This document shows, piece by piece, positions 25,429 to 32,000 of a stretch of DNA of 32,000 bases. Where the stretch lies: contig NC_020304.1 in assembly GCF_000341395.1 (NCBI RefSeq), positions 390,001-422,000 on the forward strand, written 5' to 3'. The first letter of the stretch is position 1, and each line of letters opens with the position of its first letter. Source of the stretch: Desulfocapsa sulfexigens DSM 10523 (lineage in GTDB: Bacteria; Desulfobacterota; Desulfobulbia; Desulfobulbales; Desulfocapsaceae). The notes under the pieces are model-generated. The model saw only the letters and a list, made by a program, of their open reading frames with translations, did not search any database and was not told where the DNA came from. The position numbers and the translations under genes were made by a program.

Positions 25429-27017
25429 ATACTTCCTACAACAACTCGGTTTTTGCCCGATCTTTTTGCCTGATAGAGTGCCCTGTCGGCCCGTTTTAGC
25501 AGTTCGCTCTTCCCAAGCCCCCCGGCAAACTGAGCGATCCCGAAACTGCTTGTTACCTTCAGCCTTGCAGCCGCTGTAACAATCACAGCATCCTGAAGGA
25601 CACAGCGTATTTTTTCACAGAGGTGGAGGGCCTGTTCCACGGAGGTATCGGGCAGGAGTATGGTAAACTCCTCTCCACCCCACCTGGCCACAAAATCCTG
25701 TTCTCTGGTGTTACGCTGCAGGAGTTCTGCAAGCGACTTTAGAACCTCGTCGCCAGCATCATGGCCATGGGTATCATTCACCTCTTTAAAATTGTCGACA
25801 TCAAGCAATACCAGAGAAAATGGCTCTTTTCTTCTTCTTGCCTCCCTGGTGATCTGGTTAAAAATAAGATCAAAGTGCTGACGATTCGCCAATCCGGTCA
25901 GGCGGTCGGTCATGGCCATATCTTCATAACGAGCCTTTGTTTTCTCCTGTCGAAAATAGACATACCCACCAACCATAAAACAGGCCGCAACTACAAGGAC
26001 TCCAAACATTACCTTTGAAAGCCGCTGTTGGGAGTCACTTAAGGTCTGGTCGGCCCGGTAACTGACAAAATAGGCAGCAGTATCCCCTTTTATATTTTCC
26101 ACGGGTAGAAAAGTGGCTATCAGAGTCTTCTTTTCCTTAGGAACAGAGGCGACAACGGAGAAGGCCTCACCATCCTGAAGCCTTGAGTCAATTTTCTCAC
26201 GAAGCTGGCTGTTTATTTTTTTCAAGGTGGCAAAGGAAACAATATTCAGGGCGGGCAGGGCCTCCCTGGTCCGACTCACCACCTCTTTCAGCTTCACATG
26301 ATATGAAGAAACCCTGCACTGTTCATAATACGAGCGGGCACTGTCCAAAATCGTTTTATCAATAATATCTGACCGTATCATAAAGGAATAGATGGCTGGA
26401 AATATGCGGGTGGCAAGGTTTCTAATGGCCAGAAACGGAAAAGAGATTTCCACACTTCCGACAAATTCACCGCGATAATACAGGGGATAGACATTGCGAA
26501 ATCCATAAATAACAACCCCTTCCTCAAAGCCGTTTATGGCCTTGCCGGTTTCATTCACCAGGCCAATAGAGTACCGTACACCTTCCAATGAATCGCCGAA
26601 GAGAGCTGGTTTATGAAAGCGAAGAAAACTGATGCTGCCAGGCAGATGGAAGTGCAGGATACTTTTACCACCCTGTCCCTGTAGATTTCGGTACAGTGGC
26701 AGCAGCTTGTAATAGAGGGCTTCCCGCTTGCGTTGCTGTTCCATGGCAGAACCCTTGCTGGCTGTTGCCATGGTGGAAAGTATGTCCTCCTTATTGATAA
26801 TATTGCTAAAGAGGGCATCTGCCAGGCTATTCAGAGAATAGATAAGAGCCTTCAGCTGATACTCCTGCTGGATCGTCGCGTTTTCCAGATAGTTAGATTC
26901 CCGTTCTTTTTTTTGAAAATAGAGGAAACTGAGTACTAGAGACGTAAAAATGGTTACGAGAAGCACATGATACAAAAATTTGTTTTTGATTTCTGCCATA
27001 AAGATAGACGCTCTCAT
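25425..27017 (-). CDS. Membrane diguanylate cyclase (periplasmic sensor domain + GGDEF)
   Basis: 530 aa. Two TM segments flank a roughly 300-aa extracytoplasmic domain. The C-terminal GGDEF domain has the active site GGEEF and an RxxD I-site (REQDFVARWGGEEF). Confidence 0.85.
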   Translation of the reverse strand: MRASIFMAEIKNKFLYHVLLVTIFTSLVLSFLYFQKKERESNYLENATIQQEYQLKALIYSLNSLADALFSNIINKEDILSTMATASKGSAMEQQRKREALYYKLLPLYRNLQGQGGKSILHFHLPGSISFLRFHKPALFGDSLEGVRYSIGLVNETGKAINGFEEGVVIYGFRNVYPLYYRGEFVGSVEISFPFLAIRNLATRIFPAIYSFMIRSDIIDKTILDSARSYYEQCRVSSYHVKLKEVVSRTREALPALNIVSFATLKKINSQLREKIDSRLQDGEAFSVVASVPKEKKTLIATFLPVENIKGDTAAYFVSYRADQTLSDSQQRLSKVMFGVLVVAACFMVGGYVYFRQEKTKARYEDMAMTDRLTGLANRQHFDLIFNQITREARRRKEPFSLVLLDVDNFKEVNDTHGHDAGDEVLKSLAELLQRNTREQDFVARWGGEEFTILLPDTSVEQALHLCEKIRCVLQDAVIVTAAARLKVTSSFGIAQFAGGLGKSELLKRADRALYQAKRSGKNRVVVGSI

Positions 27018-27053
27018 CCAATTTCTCAGTTCTAGCGGTAAAGAAGCACCCCG

Positions 27054-29090
27054 TTACTGTTCCTGGGAAAGTACGGGCAACAGCACTCGGACGGTTGTTC
27101 CCCTGCCAACAGTACTCTCGACCAGTATGGCACCATGGTGGGCCTGCAGGATCCCTACAATCAAGGTAAGCCCAAGTCCTCTTCCTACAAATCTGGTGGA
27201 ATAAAAAGGTTCAAAAATCCGGGACAGATTCTCCGGACTGATACCATGGCCACTATCCCTTATCTGGCAAAATACGTACTGCCCGGCTTTTATGCCTGCT
27301 CCCTGGAAGATCACCGGAAAGGCACTTGCTGTAAAAAATTTGCTTCCAAAGGATACCTCGATCTCTCCTGCTTTGTCATCAAGAGACTCGACTGCATTGT
27401 CAACTATATTCTTAATGACATCCTTCATCTGCTGTGGATCCAGAAAACAGGAAAGTGGCTGATCCGCGGCAATAAAGTTGAGTGTAACTGAAGAGGGCAG
27501 GTCAACTTTCAGCAGCGAAACAATGCCCTTGACAATATCTGGAAGTGATTGCTGTTCAAGCCTGGAGGAATGCTGTCCCACATAGTTCAGCATCATCGAG
27601 CCAATCTGTGAAGCATCTTTTGCGGCCTGAACTGCACTCGAGGCCATTTCCTGCTGATCTGATCCCTCAGGCAGCGTATAAAGCATCATATTCAGATTAC
27701 CGAGCACTGCCGTCATGGTATTGTTAAAGCGATGGGCAATAGCTCCTGCCATTGTTTTCAGACTGGCAAGTTTTTTAAGTTCCTCTACCTGACGGCTTGT
27801 CTCTATTCGTTGTTCCTGAAGTTCTTTTTCTTTCGTGATATCACGAATTATCTCCATACAGGATATTGTACCGTCATGATTATCTATCGGTGTTGCCACA
27901 ACTTCAAAGATGCTTCCGTCACTCCGTTTAACCTCATAGTTCATCATTTTCTTCTGTTCAATCACCTCTTCCAGCTTGCAGAAGGAGCAGGGATCCCCCT
28001 GTTCCATAATGACACTATGGCAGGGCTGGCCGGGCCGACTTCCAAACCATTCAATCATCGTTTTATTCCGACTGTGGACACGATGATCTGAATCGATCAC
28101 ACACAGGCCAATACCGAGATTATCAATGGCTGTGATATACCTTTGCAGCTCCACGGTCCGCCTGGAAATCAACCCCTCAAGGTCATTTTGATGATTCCTC
28201 AGTTCCCTTTCCACCTCATAACGTTTCTGAATTGTTTGGTGAAAAGCGAGTGTGGCCGTTGCCAGATCTTTAAATTCGCCAATTCCCTTTTCCTCCATTC
28301 GAACCATCTCGGGCAATGGCAAGGGTGTCCCCCTTGTTTGAGCCAGAATATTTAAGGAACTGGCTACTTTTCCCAGCCAACGAGTCAATGTTTTTGCCAG
28401 GAGAATGGATAACAGCAGCATTACCATTAAAAACAGAGCTGTCCACAGCATCAAGCGACTCACAACATCATGGTAGGACTCCCTGCTCACCCTGTTCTGA
28501 GTAGTGGCATGGCTGGTCAGGCTCACAGAAATACTTTGCCGCTGGCTGAGCATTTCCATAAACAGATTCTGGGCATTTTTAATATGTTGCCCTGCCCGTT
28601 GCGGATCAATGGCTACAATATCTGTAGCCATGATAATAAAGGCTTGATACTTCTGGTAGCTTGAAAGCATGCTCTGGACATTCGCAGAAGTTGGCAGCAC
28701 CGTGCTCAGTCCCTCGACCAGAACCTTCAATTCTTCACCAAGATTCGCCAGATCATCAACGACGGCTGAGTGGATACGGTACAAATCAGCCTCATCCATG
28801 ACACCCTTTTCTGCATTGGCCAGGCTTCCTGCAACCATCTGATGGATTGCAACCATCTGCTGGTCCAGCCTGGTAATATCCGAAAGAAAGAGAAGATCCT
28901 GTTGTGCTGCTCTGAAACGCTCCCGGTTCTCTTTGTCGAGGGTATGCAGTGTCCAGAAAGCCAGAGATGCGGAAAATATGGCAACCAGAAACACAGGCAC
29001 AAGAAAGAGCCAGAAGAAGGTCCGTCCCTGTTTTCTCATATTCGGTTTCTGGCCCTTAATGCTACTGGAATGCGAAGAAGAAGTACTCAT
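27054..29090 (-). CDS. Sensor histidine kinase (TM - helical sensor/HAMP-like - PAS - HisKA - HATPase_c)
   Basis: 678 aa. H-box AHRFNNTMTAVLGNL and ATPase blocks DNAVESL, IRDSGHGI, GRGLGL are present. The PAS segment contains C-x12-C-x2-C (GQPCHSVIMEQGDPCSFCK). Confidence 0.85.
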   Translation of the reverse strand: MSTSSSHSSSIKGQKPNMRKQGRTFFWLFLVPVFLVAIFSASLAFWTLHTLDKENRERFRAAQQDLLFLSDITRLDQQMVAIHQMVAGSLANAEKGVMDEADLYRIHSAVVDDLANLGEELKVLVEGLSTVLPTSANVQSMLSSYQKYQAFIIMATDIVAIDPQRAGQHIKNAQNLFMEMLSQRQSISVSLTSHATTQNRVSRESYHDVVSRLMLWTALFLMVMLLLSILLAKTLTRWLGKVASSLNILAQTRGTPLPLPEMVRMEEKGIGEFKDLATATLAFHQTIQKRYEVERELRNHQNDLEGLISRRTVELQRYITAIDNLGIGLCVIDSDHRVHSRNKTMIEWFGSRPGQPCHSVIMEQGDPCSFCKLEEVIEQKKMMNYEVKRSDGSIFEVVATPIDNHDGTISCMEIIRDITKEKELQEQRIETSRQVEELKKLASLKTMAGAIAHRFNNTMTAVLGNLNMMLYTLPEGSDQQEMASSAVQAAKDASQIGSMMLNYVGQHSSRLEQQSLPDIVKGIVSLLKVDLPSSVTLNFIAADQPLSCFLDPQQMKDVIKNIVDNAVESLDDKAGEIEVSFGSKFFTASAFPVIFQGAGIKAGQYVFCQIRDSGHGISPENLSRIFEPFYSTRFVGRGLGLTLIVGILQAHHGAILVESTVGRGTTVRVLLPVLSQEQ

Positions 29091-29100
29091 CAGGAACAGA

Positions 29101-29760
29101 TCATAAATTTTTCAGGAGTTCCTGCCACTGTTGCGGTTCTATGCTGGCGACATATTCAAAGCCCTGTCCCCCAAGCGGCCTGAAAACCACAACAATTCCT
29201 TCCGGTGTCGGGAAATACCCCATTACATCCATCAGATTCGGTGCATGGGCAACAAGAACCAGATTTGTCCCTTCAGGCACCGGAGCTGAGAGCAAGCGCT
29301 TCGTATTGGCTATTCTGGGTACTTTTTCTCTGCTTGTCAGATTAGAGGTATACATCAGATATTCATTTGTAATAAACTCTGTCCCGAACGCTGCCATGGC
29401 AGTTTCCTTAGTCCTGCACATGGGACTGCTCTGGATCTCGCCAACCGGAATACCAGCCCGACGGATCGCCTCACCCACCTGCATAGAAATTTTCAGCCCC
29501 TCATCGGATAGCGGTCGCTGGGTTGAACAGTCATTCAGATCAACTCCTGGCACCAGGTCCGGACGTGATGTATCAGTGGGACCATGACGCATATACAGAA
29601 CATATCCTCCCTCCTGCAATTGCCTTATCGTCTCCACCGTTGCCGCCTTTCGTTCAAAGACGGGAAAATCTGCGGCGCTCACCACCTGGAAAGGAACGAT
29701 CAGTAAAAACACTCCGGCAAGGAAGCATTGCAGTTGACAGTTATACATATGTTTTTGCAT
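29101..29760 (-). CDS. Secreted histidine phosphatase family protein (phosphoglycerate-mutase-like)
   Basis: 219 aa with an N-terminal signal peptide (..LLIVPFQVVSA/ADF), the RHG motif (YVLYMRHGPTD) and a downstream LVAHAPN. Its stop is 10 nt before the kinase start. Confidence 0.7.
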   Translation of the reverse strand: MQKHMYNCQLQCFLAGVFLLIVPFQVVSAADFPVFERKAATVETIRQLQEGGYVLYMRHGPTDTSRPDLVPGVDLNDCSTQRPLSDEGLKISMQVGEAIRRAGIPVGEIQSSPMCRTKETAMAAFGTEFITNEYLMYTSNLTSREKVPRIANTKRLLSAPVPEGTNLVLVAHAPNLMDVMGYFPTPEGIVVVFRPLGGQGFEYVASIEPQQWQELLKNL

Positions 29761-30022
29761 GGGCAGTCCTCATGTGTAAAAAAAACTCAATGTAAAACGA
29801 CAGCTAATCATAAGCTATTACCCATAACTTTCCAGTCAAATCGTGTTGTTCAGCGGAATTTTCTTCGGAAAAGAATCACAAAAGTGAGGGCAAGGTGTGG
29901 AGAGAATCTACAAAAAAATCAATTTACGGATCAGTAAACTGCTGTTTGATGTTTAGCCACAAATGGTCACGTAACCATACTGACTTCAGTCTATTTGGTA
30001 GAGCTGATTTCATATTCGGATT

Positions 30023-32000
30023 TTAACCGCTTGTGCCATTCAAACCTTTTTTCAAAATATTCTGCAGCTGATCCATGATGTAGGAGGCTTCTTTTTTCAG
30101 ATTCTTAAACAGCTGTTCACAGCCACCAAGGTTTCCTTCTCTTCCCTGCGTCTCCAGAGTATTGCAAATTTCGGACATCATGACGGCCCCCACTGCGCCG
30201 TTCATTGATTTCATAGTATGGGCCGCCTGGTGTAAGGCTTCGACATCCTGATTGCTGATTGCATCAGCCAGGGACTGCATTAAGATTGGAGCTCTCTCAA
30301 AATAGCTTTCAATAATACCCCTGATAATGTCAGGTCCGCCCTGTTGTTGTATTTGGAGGTAACTCTGCAACATTTGAACATCAAAGCGCATTTTTTCAGA
30401 TGGCAGATCATCCCCCTCATCATTCTCCCTGACGGTTCCACTCGTCTCCTGCTCCCATCCAGATGCCCATCTACTGAGGACAGAGTGAAGGTCCTTCTGA
30501 CATAGAGGTTTGCTCAAATAGTCATCCATTCCGGCTGCAAGACAGCGTTCACGGTCACCACTCAACGCGTGGGCTGTCAGGGCTATTATAGGAGTACGAG
30601 AGCTTCCGTTCTGTTTTTCGAACCTTCGTATTTCATCAGTTGCCATATAGCCATCAAGCTCGGGCATCTGGCAGTCCATGAAAATCAGATCATATTTCTT
30701 CCGTTTAACTGCTTCAACTGCCTCTCTGCCATTTACGACCAGATCTACCCTGCAGCCAAAAAATTTCAGCATCGCCTCGGCAACAATCTGATTGGTCCGG
30801 TTATCCTCGGCAAGGAGTACCTGGTAGTCATATATCCGGTTCTCCAGCACCTGTTCCTCCTCCTGGTATTCTGACAGAGCAGTGTCCTGATCTTGAGGGA
30901 TCTGCAAAAGAATGGAAAACCAGAAAACCGAACCTTTCCCGGGTTCACTTTCCACATCAATTGTTCCCTCCATCATTTCCACCAGTTGCCGTGAAATTGT
31001 CAGCCCCAGACCAGTCCCCCCATATTTTCGTGTTGTACTGCTATCTGCCTGGGAAAAGGTGTCAAAGACAGTTTTTATCTGTTCTCTAGCAATCCCGATT
31101 CCGGTATCACGCACCTCAAAACGCAACAGGCATGCCCCATCCCGCAGTTCTACAAGTAAGGCATTAACATTCACACTGCCGTGATTGGTAAATTTAATTG
31201 CATTACCAATGAGGTTAATAAGAATCTGACGTAATCGTGCCGGATCGCCATAGACGATTCTGGGAACACCTTCTTCAACACTAGTGGTCAGGGATAATTT
31301 TTTTTCATTGGCTGCCTGGGAAAACAAATCATAAACGGATTCGATCATCTCCCTGAGATCAAAATTGATTCTATCAAGTTCAAACCTCCCCGCCTCGATC
31401 TTTGAAAAATCAAGAAGCTCGTTGATTACATACAGAAGGTCTTTTCCGGAAGCGTGAATGGTTTGAACAAGCTGTCTGTGTTTCTCTGGCAGGTCTGCAT
31501 GAAGGAGCAAATCAGCCACCCCGAGAACCCCGTTCATTGGCGTTCTGATCTCGTGACTCATGTTGGCAAGAAATTCACTTTTGGCACGATTGGCTGCCTC
31601 AGCAGCGTCCTTTGCTGCGAGCAGTTGAACGGTCCGGTCTGCAACTTTTTGCTCAAGGGTCTGCTGGTATTGTTTAACTTCTTTTTGCGAAGTGCGCAGC
31701 CTGTCTGTCATCATGTTGAAATTCTCAGCCAAAACAGAGAGTTCAAGTCCACCTTCTATTTCAATACGACCAGTCAGATCACCTGTAGCGATTTTCTGGG
31801 TCGCCTTCGTCAGTGTTTTAATAGGGTTCGTGATTTTTCTGGTCAGGAACAGGGTTGCAAGTATGGCCAGGGTAAGAATACTGAAGGTAAGGGTAAAAAT
31901 TGCCCGTATGGCGTCATTAATCTGCTGACGCATGGGCTGTTTTGAGAGAATTAGACGGACGTAGCCGATCACTTCCGGCAAACCACTCTCCAGAGTACCA
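30023..32000 (-). CDS. Hybrid sensor histidine kinase/response regulator (HAMP - HisKA - HATPase_c - REC - HPt), 5' end outside window
   Basis: Contains H-box [32 protein letters not shown] ([14 protein letters not shown]...[14 protein letters not shown]...ALTAHA) and HPt ([16 protein letters not shown]). The reading frame stays open to the window edge; the listed start is a TTG. Confidence 0.85.
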   Translation of the reverse strand, partial: GTLESGLPEVIGYVRLILSKQPMRQQINDAIRAIFTLTFSILTLAILATLFLTRKITNPIKTLTKATQKIATGDLTGRIEIEGGLELSVLAENFNMMTDRLRTSQKEVKQYQQTLEQKVADRTVQLLAAKDAAEAANRAKSEFLANMSHEIRTPMNGVLGVADLLLHADLPEKHRQLVQTIHASGKDLLYVINELLDFSKIEAGRFELDRINFDLREMIESVYDLFSQAANEKKLSLTTSVEEGVPRIVYGDPARLRQILINLIGNAIKFTNHGSVNVNALLVELRDGACLLRFEVRDTGIGIAREQIKTVFDTFSQADSSTTRKYGGTGLGLTISRQLVEMMEGTIDVESEPGKGSVFWFSILLQIPQDQDTALSEYQEEEQVLENRIYDYQVLLAEDNRTNQIVAEAMLKFFGCRVDLVVNGREAVEAVKRKKYDLIFMDCQMPELDGYMATDEIRRFEKQNGSSRTPIIALTAHALSGDRERCLAAGMDDYLSKPLCQKDLHSVLSRWASGWEQETSGTVRENDEGDDLPSEKMRFDVQMLQSYLQIQQQGGPDIIRGIIESYFERAPILMQSLADAISNQDVEALHQAAHTMKSMNGAVGAVMMSEICNTLETQGREGNLGGCEQLFKNLKKEASYIMDQLQNILKKGLNGTSG

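Noticed and set aside
29963-29978. 16-bp near-palindrome ATGGTCACGTAACCAT upstream of the phosphatase/kinase operon as an operator
   Set aside because: It is imperfect (two mismatches), occurs once, and no promoter elements could be placed relative to it. There is not enough evidence.

Overview
The window is dominated by a Mo-nitrogenase (nif) gene cluster of the anaerobe type. Three things point to that type: NifI1/NifI2 PII-like genes sit between nifH and nifD, NifD carries a roughly 50-residue insertion, and NifK has a short N-terminus. This pattern is usual in Desulfobacterota, Chlorobi and Clostridia-like diazotrophs, but no taxon can be proven from this sequence alone.

Layout:
- Left end: a partial glutamine amidotransferase-like gene, nifV, a relic modA fragment, and a minus-strand unit of nifM-like PPIase, transglutaminase-like protein and nifA.
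- 5535-6037: a divergent sigma-54/NifA control region.
- 6038-14500: one long plus-strand operon. It runs nifH-nifI1-nifI2-nifD-nifK, a NifB paralogue lacking the radical-SAM cysteines, a thioredoxin-like [2Fe-2S] ferredoxin, an ArsC-like nitrogenase-associated protein, a zinc-ribbon miniprotein, a GNAT, a HEPN-like protein, an unknown protein and Nif11.
- About 14.5-16.0 kb: a visibly AT-richer insert with a universal stress protein gene and short gene relics.
- 15997-20165: a second sigma-54/NifA-dependent operon, nifE-nifN-nifB, followed by a terminator and a long inverted-repeat element. Its left half recurs as an exact 34-mer after the ferredoxin gene.
- 20.4-32 kb (minus strand): ordinary housekeeping and signalling genes. 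These are mntP, a yqaA-like gene, a TesA-like SGNH lipoprotein, a YbbP/YbbA-like ABC transporter, a GGDEF diguanylate cyclase, a PAS histidine kinase, a histidine phosphatase and a hybrid histidine kinase that runs off the window.

No rRNA, tRNA, CRISPR array or transposase was seen. The most unusual items are the cysteine-less NifB paralogue, the tightly coupled cassette of uncharacterised small genes at the end of the nifHDK operon, the identical non-coding 34-mer shared by the two nif operons, and the nifM-like/transglutaminase/nifA unit. All family assignments were made by eye from motifs; no searches were run.
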